Below are positions 52,089-61,607 of a stretch of DNA of 64,000 nucleotides, in pieces (the first letter of the stretch is position 1; every line of letters starts with the position of its first letter). The notes below the pieces were generated by a model. That model was not told the DNA's origin. It made no database searches and worked only from the letters and a program-made list of their open reading frames with translations. Position numbers and translations under genes: made by a program. Source of the stretch: Acidobacteriota bacterium (GTDB lineage Bacteria > Acidobacteriota > UBA890 > WLXD01); NCBI GenBank assembly GCA_965205505.1, contig CBDBHB010000008.1:1257903-1321902 (forward strand). Reading direction: 5' to 3'.

Positions 52089-52784
52089 CTAGCAGGCCGT
52101 GGTGAAAGTGTGGTGGGACCCCAGTGTTCTGTAACAGAGGTTCGTTGAAACTTGTGGCGCGGCTAGTGGCCTGTAACAGATGATCGTTGCGTATCGCAGA
52201 TGGGATTTGCGGGTGAGATCAAGGCGCGGCGAGGAAGGCGATGCTAGCAGGCCGTGATGGAAGTGTGGTGGGTCTGGCAAGTGGGACTCACGGGCTAGCA
52301 GGCCGTGGTGAAAGTGTGGTGGGTCTGGCAAGTGGGACTCACGGGCTAGCAGGCCGTGGTGAAAGTGTGGTGGGTCCGGCAAGTGGGACTCACGGGCTAG
52401 CAGGCCGTGGTGAAAGTGTGGTGGGTCCGGTTACGGCGAGTTGGGGCCAGATGCAAGGCGGCCTGACACTGGCGATGCCCTAGCCATCGTCGAGGAAGGC
52501 CAACGCCGCAAATGGCCCCAACTCGCCGTAACCCTTCGGGCGACAGGGGGTTGCGCGCGTATTCTGCGTCGTTCCTCGTCAACGATGGGGTTACCATCGC
52601 CCGTGACTCCCACTTGCCCTACGGGTTACGCCGCCAACGGCGCGTCTCCGGCGTCGCCGCTCCTAGACGATGCGCACGGGCATCGCCGGCGACGCGGCGC
52701 CTTGGATCTGCGCCCTTGGCGGCGTAACCAGACCCATCACACTTCCACCACGATATGCAACGATCATCTGTTACAGGCCACTAG
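52089..52784. mobile_element. Stack of nested CTAG MITEs (types B, C, A) including a 51-bp tandem array
   Basis: Ends at 52089 (B), 52121 (C), 52163 (A), 52244/52295/52346/52397 (B); right A-end at 52784; several ERIC-like cores. Confidence 0.88.
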
Positions 52785-53899
52785 CAGCCGCTCAGCGTTG
52801 TGAGGAAAACGTCGATGTCGCCGACGGTATTCCAAATGCCCGGCGACACCCGCAGGCCTCCTTCGCGCAGGCTCACCCCCACGTTCGCCTCCCGAAGCCT
52901 TGCGTGAGCCTCGAGCGTCGCCTCGGTGGTTTGCCCAACGAGGCTCAGGATTGTGGAGCGCTGTTCGGGAATCAGCGAGCTGTCGACGCGAAAGCTGGCC
53001 GGGAGCCCATCTACCAATCGATCGAGAAGCGCCATAGCGTGGGCGGCTACCGCGTCGATACCCGTTTCGACCAAGAACTCGAGCGACTCTGCCATCGCGG
53101 CACCATGGATAAACGCTGCCGTTTCCGGTACGTCGAAGCGGATCGCTCCGGGGCGGTGTCGTGGCTCCAGGTCCACCAGTCGGTTGAAGTCGTCGGCACC
53201 GACGATCGTCGCCCAGTTGAATGTCGGAAGCCGGAGCCGCTCGACCCATGTCGGATGCACATAGGTGACGCCAGTGCCGTAGGGCGACATGAGCCACTTG
53301 TACCCCGCGATCGCCACCACAGACGCCTTGCATCGAGCGACATCGAACGGGATCGCGCCAACCGACTGCGAGGCGTCAACGAGAAAAAGTGCGCCGTGCT
53401 GCTCGCAAGCTGCGCCAATGGCATCGAGGTCGAGGCGCCGTCCATTCGCGAAGTTCACGTGGCCGACGCTCACGACCCGGGTGCGCGGGCAGATTGCCGC
53501 CACCACGTCGTCGGGGTCCACGAACTCCACCTTCACGCCAAGTGCTCGCAGCCCCCGCCAAGGGAGGTTGTTGGCGGGAAACTCCCCGGTCGGTACGACG
53601 ACGCGATCGTCAGCTCTCCATTCGAGACCACAGGCTACAAGGCTGACCCCATGCGACGCCCCGGTGGCCACGGCAATGTCGTGTGGACAGCAACCGAGCA
53701 GCTCCGACGCCGCTCCGCGAATGCGATCGGGAAGGGCGAAGTAGACTCCATCATCGAGCCCGAACGGGTCACGTTTCCAATCCAGAGCGCGCTCGGCGGC
53801 GGCAATCGCTCGGCGTGCCATCGGCCCTTGGTTTGCCCCATCGAGGTAGACGCGCCCGCGTAGATCGAACTCGCAGCTCAGATCGAGCGCGGCTGTCAA
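52781..53899 (-). CDS. Class V aminotransferase / cysteine desulfurase-like
   Basis: YLDGA.QGP, EFPAN, VDASQSVG, GYKWL.SPYG.G, LRVSP. Confidence 0.85.
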   Translation of the reverse strand: MTAALDLSCEFDLRGRVYLDGANQGPMARRAIAAAERALDWKRDPFGLDDGVYFALPDRIRGAASELLGCCPHDIAVATGASHGVSLVACGLEWRADDRVVVPTGEFPANNLPWRGLRALGVKVEFVDPDDVVAAICPRTRVVSVGHVNFANGRRLDLDAIGAACEQHGALFLVDASQSVGAIPFDVARCKASVVAIAGYKWLMSPYGTGVTYVHPTWVERLRLPTFNWATIVGADDFNRLVDLEPRHRPGAIRFDVPETAAFIHGAAMAESLEFLVETGIDAVAAHAMALLDRLVDGLPASFRVDSSLIPEQRSTILSLVGQTTEATLEAHARLREANVGVSLREGGLRVSPGIWNTVGDIDVFLTTLSGC

Positions 53900-54756
53900 A
53901 AGGGCGAGTCTTCGGTTGCCGGGCGTGACTCGTAGAAGTGGTCGATCGCTTCCCATGCTTGAGCAGCTGTGTCAGCCCAGCTGATCAACTCCAGGTCTGT
54001 CGAACTGATCGTCCCGGCGGCAGCCAGAGCCTCGAGGTTCACCACCTGCGACCACCAGGCCCGGCCGAAGATCACCACCGGGATCCGCCGCATCTTGCCG
54101 GTCTGGATGAGCGTCAACGTCTCGAACAACTCGTCGAGCGTCCCGAAGCCGCCCGGAAAGGCCACCATCGCCCGCGCCCGCAACAGGAAGTGCATCTTGC
54201 GCATAGCGAAGTAGTGAAAGTTAAAGCACAGCTCGGGCGTTATGTACGGGTTCGGCACCTGCTCGTGCTCGATCTCGATGTTGAACGCCATCGTGGCCTG
54301 ACCTGACTCGCTGGCACCGCGATTCGCCGCCTCCATGATCCCGGGACCTCCACCGGTCGTCACGACGAAATCGTGAGGCTCGTCGGCGCGTTCATACTTC
54401 GCCGCCATTGACGCGAAGCGCCTTGCCTCCTGGTAGTAGGGGACCAGCTCGGAGAGCTTGAGCGCCCGCGTGAGCGCTGCCCGAGCATCCGGATCGTCCG
54501 GAGCGCCGGCGACCGCCTCCCGGGCGCCGGCGCAAGCGCGCTCCGCGTCCTCCGGCGAGGGAATCCGCGCGCTGCCGAAGACGACGATCGTCGACTTGAC
54601 GTTCATCTGCAGCTGCATGAGCTGCGGCTTGGCGTACTCGAGCGCCAGTCGGTAGCTGCGTATTTCCGGACGGCCCAGGAAATCGGGGTCCTGGTACGCC
54701 AGCCGGTGGCTGGGCAGATCAGACAATGGAACGGTTGGGTCGCTAGTGTCGCTCAT
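53896..54756 (-). CDS. LOG family (TIGR00730) Rossmann-fold protein
   Basis: VVFGSAR, TGGGPGIMEAANRGA, PGGFGTLDE. Confidence 0.9.
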   Translation of the reverse strand: MSDTSDPTVPLSDLPSHRLAYQDPDFLGRPEIRSYRLALEYAKPQLMQLQMNVKSTIVVFGSARIPSPEDAERACAGAREAVAGAPDDPDARAALTRALKLSELVPYYQEARRFASMAAKYERADEPHDFVVTTGGGPGIMEAANRGASESGQATMAFNIEIEHEQVPNPYITPELCFNFHYFAMRKMHFLLRARAMVAFPGGFGTLDELFETLTLIQTGKMRRIPVVIFGRAWWSQVVNLEALAAAGTISSTDLELISWADTAAQAWEAIDHFYESRPATEDSPF

Positions 54757-54820
54757 GACTTGAGCATACTCGCCGCCCTCGGGGCTCGCCGGCTCGAGAA
54801 ACCGGGTGAGTCCGGGAAAG

Positions 54821-56488
54821 CTACCGGACATGGATTACCCGACGCAACGAATCAACCACTATCTCGAGCGAATCGCTGACCGGCGCGCGCAGGTGCACCC
54901 GCACCACCGATCGTTGACGGTCGCGCAGGGCCTCGACGTCGCCAAGGGCTTGGGCACGAGCCAGCGTTCCCAAGGTATACGGCCGGCCGGGGATATCCAG
55001 ATCTTCGGCGTCGTCCGCGGTAAAGACTAGATAGACACCCTTCGGCGGCCCTCCCTTGTGAAGCTGGCCGGTCGAATGCAGGTAACGTGGGCCCCAGCCG
55101 AGTGTCGTCGCAAGCCCAAAGCGAGCCACGACAAGGGCGCGGATTTCATCCAGCAGCGCGATGATGTGCACGTCGGCAGGAAGGAACGCCAACAGCGCAC
55201 AATAGCCGTCGGCCGCCGCTGCACACTGCTGGGCAAACCACCTACCGAGCGCATCCCCGTCGCCGCCTACCCCGCCGACCAGCTCCTCCGATGCATAAAC
55301 GCTCACGTGGCCGTCGTCGAAGTCTGGAGTCGACTCCGGCAGGCAGTTTCCGTCCTGAGCGCGATCGAGCATGCCCTGTGTGCGAACTTTCGCCGACGCT
55401 ACATCCGGCTCATCGAAAGGATTGATCTCCATCAGCGCTCCCGCGGCAGCGACGGCAACCTCCCAGCGCAGAAACTCGGCTCCGAGGTCAGCCGGATCCG
55501 ATAGCGTGTAGTGGATCACCGGGTGTCCGGCCGCCACCAACTCCTCACCGATGAGACGGGTTCGATCACTTTCCTTAGTGGTGTCATCGACGATTACGAA
55601 CAGCCGATCCGATCCGTAATGAGCCCCTTCGAAGATTGGTTCGCGGACCACCGGAACCAGCCCCTTGCCATGCTTGCCCGTGCTCTCGGCAACGAGCTGC
55701 TCCACCCAGTCGGCAAAGCCCAACAGTCGCGGCACGGTGACGAAAGTGATCTTGTCCCGGCCGGCAACGAAAGCCTCTGCCAGGATGATCCCCAGCCTCA
55801 CGCTGGCGTCGCCTGACGAGCTGCGACGTGATTCGGCCTCAACGGCCCGATCGACCAGCGCTGCGACCGGAACGCCGGAAAGCGCCGCTGGCACGAGGCC
55901 GAAGTAGGAAAGCGCCGAGAACCGTCCGCCTACGTCCGCCGGGTTGCACCATACCCGACCGCCCCTCTGCTCGACGCGGGCCTGCAGCGCTGTGCCGGCG
56001 TCGGTGATCGCCACCAACTCGACAGCTGAGCCCTCGCTTGCCGCCACGTGCAGGAACCAGTCGGCCAGCACCGCCGTCTCAAGCGTCGTCCCGGACTTGC
56101 TGGCCACAATCACGGCCGCGCCAGCAAGCTCGATCGCGCGCGCCACACGCATGACCGCATCTGGTACCGTCGAATCGACGATGTGGAGCCCTTCCGAGCC
56201 AAACGCCATCGCGCATGCTCGGGCGGCAAGGCTGCTCCCACCCATTCCGATCAGCAGCACGCTGCCTGTGTGCCTGCCTGGCCACTCCACAGCGCGCATC
56301 GTGCCGGGAAGCTCGAGCCACCCTAGCCGCGAGCCGACCGACTCGCGGGCAGCACCACCTGAGGCCCAGAGGTCGGGGACGCCCGAAAAGAGCCTCGAGC
56401 TGAAGCCTCGACGATCGAGGCGCTGAGCCCGGGCGTCGACAGCTGTTGCGAGCGGCTCGAGAAGGTATTCCCGCTCAGCTGTCGGCAT
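54821..56488 (-). CDS. pgi: Glucose-6-phosphate isomerase (stand-alone PGI half of the Tal-Pgi type)
   Basis: GMGGSSL, SKSGTT.E, VGGRFSALS.FG, EQLVAESTGK, HSTGQLHKGGP. Confidence 0.85.
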   Translation of the reverse strand: MPTAEREYLLEPLATAVDARAQRLDRRGFSSRLFSGVPDLWASGGAARESVGSRLGWLELPGTMRAVEWPGRHTGSVLLIGMGGSSLAARACAMAFGSEGLHIVDSTVPDAVMRVARAIELAGAAVIVASKSGTTLETAVLADWFLHVAASEGSAVELVAITDAGTALQARVEQRGGRVWCNPADVGGRFSALSYFGLVPAALSGVPVAALVDRAVEAESRRSSSGDASVRLGIILAEAFVAGRDKITFVTVPRLLGFADWVEQLVAESTGKHGKGLVPVVREPIFEGAHYGSDRLFVIVDDTTKESDRTRLIGEELVAAGHPVIHYTLSDPADLGAEFLRWEVAVAAAGALMEINPFDEPDVASAKVRTQGMLDRAQDGNCLPESTPDFDDGHVSVYASEELVGGVGGDGDALGRWFAQQCAAAADGYCALLAFLPADVHIIALLDEIRALVVARFGLATTLGWGPRYLHSTGQLHKGGPPKGVYLVFTADDAEDLDIPGRPYTLGTLARAQALGDVEALRDRQRSVVRVHLRAPVSDSLEIVVDSLRRVIHVR

Positions 56489-57044
56489 GGCTGGCGGACA
56501 GCGCCGCCGCCCGCCGCGGCTCCCGGCGACGCGCGTCGAAACTGCCCTCCAATTCCTCGACCTTCGCCAGCAGGCGCTGATCACGCTCGTCGCCGGAGAA
56601 CTCGTTGGCGACCCAAGCCCGTACGATCTCGGAGGCGAGATCGGGCCCGAGAACGCGCGCGCCCAAGCACAGCACGTTGGCGTCTGCGATGCGGCGCGCG
56701 TGCCGCGCGCTCACGGTATTCTGGCAATGTGCGGCGCGAATTCCGGGAATCTTGTTCGCCACGATGCTCGCAGCAGCACCCGAGCCACAGACGACAATGG
56801 CCAGGTCAGCCTCACCCGACAGCACCGCGTGCGCCACGATCGTGACGATGTCGGTAAGGTCCACAGCTTCGCCGAATCCGCTCCCATGAACGCCGTGTTC
56901 TTTGGCGGTATGGCGTTCTTCGCCTAGCTCGGCAACGAGCTTGTCTTTCAGCTGGTCCCCTTCATGATCGGCGCCCAACGCCACACGACGCAACTGTGCA
57001 GTCCGGTCGTTGTCGACTACTGGCCGCCTGGTCGCTATCACCAT
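56475..57044 (-). CDS. rpiB: RpiB/LacAB sugar-phosphate isomerase
   Basis: GADH.G, CGSG, ANK.PGIRAA, ANVLCLGAR; lies between tkt and pgi. Confidence 0.8.
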   Translation of the reverse strand: MVIATRRPVVDNDRTAQLRRVALGADHEGDQLKDKLVAELGEERHTAKEHGVHGSGFGEAVDLTDIVTIVAHAVLSGEADLAIVVCGSGAAASIVANKIPGIRAAHCQNTVSARHARRIADANVLCLGARVLGPDLASEIVRAWVANEFSGDERDQRLLAKVEELEGSFDARRREPRRAAALSASHADS

Positions 57045-57060
57045 GTTCTCATCCGTGCCC

Positions 57061-59088
57061 TCAGGCCTGCTCTAGTAGAGCGCGAGCATTCGCCTCGACG
57101 TTTTCCACGGTGAAACCGAACTCCTTCATGTTGACCGGCGACGGCGCCGACGCGCCGAACTGATCGATGCCGATAACGTGCCCGCGATCACCAGCGTATC
57201 GACTCCAACCGAACGTCGCACCAGCTTCCACCACCAAGCGGCGCTTGACACTCGGCGGAAGCACTGAGTCACGGTATTCGGTTTCTTGGCGCTCGAACAA
57301 CTCCCACGAGGGCATACTCAACACGCGAGCTGCGATGCCGTCCTCGCGGAGACGGCCGTATGCTCCGACCACTAGCTGCAATTCTGATCCGCTGGCGATG
57401 AGAATGATCTCAGGTTCGCCGTCGACGTTGGCGTCGGCAAAGATATACGCGCCGCGGCGAACGTTACTCGCATCTGCGTCAGTTTCCAGCACCGGAAGCT
57501 TCTGCCGTGTCAGCGCAACTGCGACCGGCCCTTCCTCTTCGATCGCCGCCGCCCACGCCTCGCGTGTCTCATTGGCGTCACCTGGTCGAAGCACAACCAG
57601 CCCGGGAATCGCTCGCAGCGACGCCAGCTGTTCGATCGGCTGATGTGTCGGACCATCCTCGCCGAGACCGATACTGTCGTGCGTGTACACATAGATCGTC
57701 GGCAGCCGCATGAGAGCGGCCAGACGGATCGCCGGCCGCATGTAGTCGGAGAAGATGAGGAACGTTCCGCCATACGGGCGCAGTCCGCGGTGCAACGCCA
57801 TGCCGTTCATCATCGCGCCCATGGCGTGCTCGCGAACTCCGAACCTCAGATTCCGACCCTCGAACGCTCCCGGGCCGAGGTCATCGTGACCATCGAGCAA
57901 CGTCTTGTTGGAGCCCGCCAGATCGGCGGAACCGCCAATCATCTCAGGCACTGTGGCGGCCAGCGCATTGAGCACTTTCCCCGAGGCGGCGCGAGTCGCG
58001 ATAGGTCCGTCGTTCGGCTCGAAGCCAGGCAGGCCGCGACCCCAATCAAGAGGCAGGTCCCGCCGGGTACGGCGATCGAGCTCCGCGGCGAGCTGCGGAT
58101 GAGCATCCGCATAACGCTCCATGCCTGCCTGCCAGGACGCCTCCAGACTATTTCCGTCTGATACCGCCCGGCGGAAGTGGGTGGCGACGTCGTCCGGAAC
58201 GTAAAACGGCGGCTCGGCTGGCCACCCTAGCTGGCTCTTGGTAAGCGCCAGCTCGTCTTCACCCAGGGGCTCACCGTGCGCCTTGGCGGTGTTCTCGCGA
58301 TTCGGGCTACCGTACCCAATGCGCGTTTCGATGGCGATCAGCGACGGCTTGTCGTCGACCGCCTTGGCAGCGTGGATGGCGGCATCGATGGCATCGAGAT
58401 CGTTGCCGTCAGACACCGTCTGCGTATGCCAGCCGTAAGCCCGGTGGCGCGCCGGAACATCTTCGGAGAACGCCAGCGCCGTCTCGCCCTCAATGGTGAT
58501 CTTGTTGTCGTCGTACAGCACGACGAGCTTTCCCAGACCGAGATGCCCAGCAAACGATGCGGCTTCGGCCTGTACTCCCTCCATCATGTCGCCGTCGCTG
58601 GCGATCACGAAGGTGTGGTGGTCGACTGGGCGGTGGTCGCCGCGATTGAACTCGGCAGCCAGGCGGGCCTCAGCCAGCGCCATTCCGACGGCGTTGGCGA
58701 AGCCTTGCCCCAGCGGGCCGGTCGTCGTTTCGACGCCTGGTGTTACCCTGTACTCTGGGTGCCCGGGGGTGGCGCTGCCCCATTGTCGGAATCGCTTGAG
58801 CTCCTCCATCGACAGGTCGTAGCCCGTGAGGTGTAGCAACGAGTAGAGGAGCATCGAAGCGTGCCCGGCCGAAAGCACGAAGCGATCACGGTTCGGCCAA
58901 TCCGGGTTACGCGGATTGTGCTTCATGTGCCGAGTCCACAGCACGTAGGCCATGGCGGCGGCTCCCATCGGCATTCCGGGATGGCCGGATTTGGCTCGCT
59001 GAACCGCGTCGGCCGCGAGCATCCGGATAGTGTTTACGGCAAGCGTATCGACCGCGGCGGTGGTCGTTGCTGGCTCAGCCGTCGGCAT
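57061..59088 (-). CDS. tkt: Transketolase
   Basis: [39 protein letters not shown]. Confidence 0.96.
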   Translation of the reverse strand: MPTAEPATTTAAVDTLAVNTIRMLAADAVQRAKSGHPGMPMGAAAMAYVLWTRHMKHNPRNPDWPNRDRFVLSAGHASMLLYSLLHLTGYDLSMEELKRFRQWGSATPGHPEYRVTPGVETTTGPLGQGFANAVGMALAEARLAAEFNRGDHRPVDHHTFVIASDGDMMEGVQAEAASFAGHLGLGKLVVLYDDNKITIEGETALAFSEDVPARHRAYGWHTQTVSDGNDLDAIDAAIHAAKAVDDKPSLIAIETRIGYGSPNRENTAKAHGEPLGEDELALTKSQLGWPAEPPFYVPDDVATHFRRAVSDGNSLEASWQAGMERYADAHPQLAAELDRRTRRDLPLDWGRGLPGFEPNDGPIATRAASGKVLNALAATVPEMIGGSADLAGSNKTLLDGHDDLGPGAFEGRNLRFGVREHAMGAMMNGMALHRGLRPYGGTFLIFSDYMRPAIRLAALMRLPTIYVYTHDSIGLGEDGPTHQPIEQLASLRAIPGLVVLRPGDANETREAWAAAIEEEGPVAVALTRQKLPVLETDADASNVRRGAYIFADANVDGEPEIILIASGSELQLVVGAYGRLREDGIAARVLSMPSWELFERQETEYRDSVLPPSVKRRLVVEAGATFGWSRYAGDRGHVIGIDQFGASAPSPVNMKEFGFTVENVEANARALLEQA

Positions 59089-59267
59089 CCCTTTCCCCTT
59101 GAATTACCTAGCACGCCGTAGCTGCGACGTGCCCCTCCGTCGCGCAATGTTGCCCTGGCACGAGCGGCCACAGTGTAGCAGCAGGGAGCCGGTCCATTGA
59201 TTCGGCGGCCTGGCCCTTCGCGGCCCGAAAAAATCGCCTTCGTAGCGCTTGCCCGGCTTGCTACCAT

Positions 59268-59546
59268 CTAGTGTCCTGTAACAGAGGTTCGTTGCATATT
59301 GTGGCGCGCGCGACTGAGTCGGAACCAAGGAGGCTCGACGACGGCGATGCTGTGCGTATCGCAGAGGAGGGCCGACGCCGGAGGTGGCCAGTCCCGCGGC
59401 CACCCGGAGGGCTGGGTCGATATGGGGGCAATCTCAGCGTTGCGATTCGTCGACGATGGCCACCGCATCGCCATCCTCATCGCGCCTTGAGCTTGCCCCC
59501 ATCTCGACCCAGCAATGTGCAACGAACCTCTGTTACAGGACACTAG
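59268..59546. mobile_element. Complete type-C CTAG MITE with two opposed ERIC-like cores
   Basis: CTAG-TGTCCTGTAACAGAGGTTCGTTGCA ... TGCAACGAACCTCTGTTACAGGACA-CTAG; a type-B end (CAGGCCGTGGTGAAA) starts on the same right CTAG. Confidence 0.9.
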
Positions 59547-59581
59547 CAGGCCGTGGTGAAAACTCTCTGAGCTTGGTGCCA

Positions 59582-60991
59582 ATGTTGCGTCGTCTATCAG
59601 CGCTGGCGATCCTGGCGGTGTGCGCGAGCGCATGCGCCGCGCCGCCGGTGCCGTTTTCATTACGCTTCACCGTCTTCCCTACCACTCAGGGCGCCGACGT
59701 CATCGTCGAGGTCCACGGTGGGCGGAACGACGTTGCATGGGTCGGGTTCGCCGCCGGCCCGGGCGCCCCTGCCGATCTGCCCCAGCGCGTTCATTCCGTG
59801 CAGGCGAGTACGCTGGACGGGCGCCGACTGCCGCAACAACTTCACGGACGGGCCGGGTACGAGATAGAGCTCGAGGACTCTAGCTGGCAACTCGCCTACA
59901 GCCTCGATTTACGGCCGCGCCCCGGTGACGACATCTTCTATCGCTCGAGCGTGAAGGAAGACGACTATCTCGTGCTCGTCGGCTCCGACGCCTGGGCGCG
60001 TTTCTACACGCGGCCCGACGCGCTGGCCATGAGTACGACCGAGAGACCAGGCGGCGCTGTTCTGGAGGCGCAGGCAGCCTTCAACCTCCCAGAGCAGCCT
60101 ACTCCCTGGAAGGTCGCGACGACCGCCAGGGCGCGCAGCGCACGAACCTTCGAGCTTTCCGAGCATCCGACCGCGAGCGTCTTCGCTCTCGGCCCGTTCG
60201 AGATCCGGGACATCGACGAGGTGCCGGGGCTCCAGCTCGCCGTGCACCCACGCTGGAGCGTGCTCAACGAATCGATCGACGACCTCACAGGCAAGCTGCT
60301 GCTGTCGCACCGAGAGGGGCTGGGACCGTCCGGGAGCACCACCGCCCTGGCGCTGATGAACTCGCTGCCGCAACCGCTCGGGCCCACCGGCGGACTACGG
60401 ACCGCCGGCATGGTACGTGGTCGGTCCCTGATCCTGTATGCCAGCGCTAGCCCTTGGATCGAGCCTAACGACCCGCAACTGCGCGAGGCCATCGCCGTCT
60501 TCATAGGGCATGAGCTCTTTCACCTGTGGGTGCCCTCGGGCGTCCAAGTAACGCGCGAGCTGTCATGGTTGTCGGAAGGCTGGGCGATGCATATGGGACG
60601 GCTGGCGGCGGTCGACGTGGGTTGGCTCAGCCAGCCGGCGAGCATTCAACGCCTTCAGGACGCATACCGCCGTTATCTGGATATTGGAGGTTATCGGGCG
60701 GGCAGCCTGCCGGAGGCCAGCATGGGCAGCGAGAGCCGGCGCGATCTGCTGTATCTGCGGGGCGAGCTAGTCTTCCGTCTGCTCGAGCGACAATGGGCAC
60801 TGACCAGCAGCGGCAACTTCGAAACGGAGCTTTGGCGCGCCTTGGCAGATGCCTACGACGGCCGCACGCCGCTCGACGCCGAGAGCGTTCGGTCAGCGCT
60901 AGCATCGTTGGTCGGCCGCGGCACCGTTCGGCGCTACGTCGAGGGCACGTCGCCGCTGACACCCTCGGCGCTGGGCCTACGCCGACGGTAA
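59582..60991 (+). CDS. Gluzincin metallopeptidase lipoprotein (M61/M1-like)
   Basis: Lipobox-like ASAC, HELFHLW...WLSEG, Y.RG. Confidence 0.75.
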   Translation: MLRRLSALAILAVCASACAAPPVPFSLRFTVFPTTQGADVIVEVHGGRNDVAWVGFAAGPGAPADLPQRVHSVQASTLDGRRLPQQLHGRAGYEIELEDSSWQLAYSLDLRPRPGDDIFYRSSVKEDDYLVLVGSDAWARFYTRPDALAMSTTERPGGAVLEAQAAFNLPEQPTPWKVATTARARSARTFELSEHPTASVFALGPFEIRDIDEVPGLQLAVHPRWSVLNESIDDLTGKLLLSHREGLGPSGSTTALALMNSLPQPLGPTGGLRTAGMVRGRSLILYASASPWIEPNDPQLREAIAVFIGHELFHLWVPSGVQVTRELSWLSEGWAMHMGRLAAVDVGWLSQPASIQRLQDAYRRYLDIGGYRAGSLPEASMGSESRRDLLYLRGELVFRLLERQWALTSSGNFETELWRALADAYDGRTPLDAESVRSALASLVGRGTVRRYVEGTSPLTPSALGLRRR

Positions 60992-61011
60992 TTCACCGAT
61001 TGCCTCTGGCC

Positions 61012-61581
61012 ATGGCGCTAGCGACAGCCCTGGTAGCGACCAGCTTGTCAACCTACGCCTGTACGCCGATCCCGGCGCCTGATCGCGACCAGAGCGACTC
61101 ACCGCGCATGCCGCCCGTACGGCGTGGTGATCTTCTTCCCGACTTCGCATTCGTCGATACCGACGGCGCCACAGTCCGCGCCGCGGACCTCCGTGGTGCG
61201 ATCGCCGTGCTCACGTTTGCAACGCCCGGGGCACCCTTCGCCGACGAGCTGCTGGATCGCCTCGTAACCGTCGATCTGCGACTGGCAAGCAGCCCTCGGG
61301 CCACTCGGTTCGTTGTTTTCGCCCTCGGCTCCGATGCGATAAGCGCCGCCGCGCTCCGGACTGGACACCCATCAGACTGGCTGGTGCTCACCGGGCCATC
61401 AGCACAGATTATGGACTTCGCGACCCGCTTCGGAGTCATGACCTGGATGGAGGACGATGGTCCCGCCCATACTCTGCGCGTTGCGGTTATGGGGCCGTCC
61501 GGTCGAATCACCGAGTTGCTCGAGGGTCTCAGCCCCTGGTCCGTCGAGGACCTGCTGGCCTCGGTGGCCGCCGCCGACTAA
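61012..61581 (+). CDS. SCO/thioredoxin-fold lipoprotein lacking the Cys motif
   Basis: LPDF.FVD.DG..V...DLRG...VLTF, W..LTG, H..R.....P.G. Confidence 0.6.
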   Translation: MALATALVATSLSTYACTPIPAPDRDQSDSPRMPPVRRGDLLPDFAFVDTDGATVRAADLRGAIAVLTFATPGAPFADELLDRLVTVDLRLASSPRATRFVVFALGSDAISAAALRTGHPSDWLVLTGPSAQIMDFATRFGVMTWMEDDGPAHTLRVAVMGPSGRITELLEGLSPWSVEDLLASVAAAD

Positions 61582-61607
61582 CCAGTCGCAGGCCGCCGAC
61601 AACTCAT

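Larger units (their letters stand above)
50169..52092 (+). pseudogene. Phospholipid N-methyltransferase (PmtA-like) interrupted by an IS
   Basis: GALTPSS.YLA, EMGPGTG, SLPL; C-terminal VVWANLPPA resumes in frame after 51961; GGAT target duplication. Confidence 0.85.

Noticed and set aside
44718-52092. Chromatin-like system of histone-like protein, HDAC and methyltransferase
   Set aside because: The methyltransferase has PmtA-like lipid-methylase motifs, HDAC homologues are common, and unrelated genes intervene; there is no evidence beyond proximity.
52244-52430. 34-bp repeat plus 17-bp spacer pattern resembling a CRISPR array
   Set aside because: The spacers are identical, the repeat is the MITE terminal repeat found elsewhere, and no cas genes are present.
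52089-52803. Short ORFs such as MPDPPHFHHGLL..., repeated at 27110 and 28726
   Set aside because: They are translations of the non-coding repeat; conservation follows base pairing rather than codons.
56474-59088. tkt and pgi both begin MPTAE
   Set aside because: The match is only about 16 nt with no extension, most likely chance.
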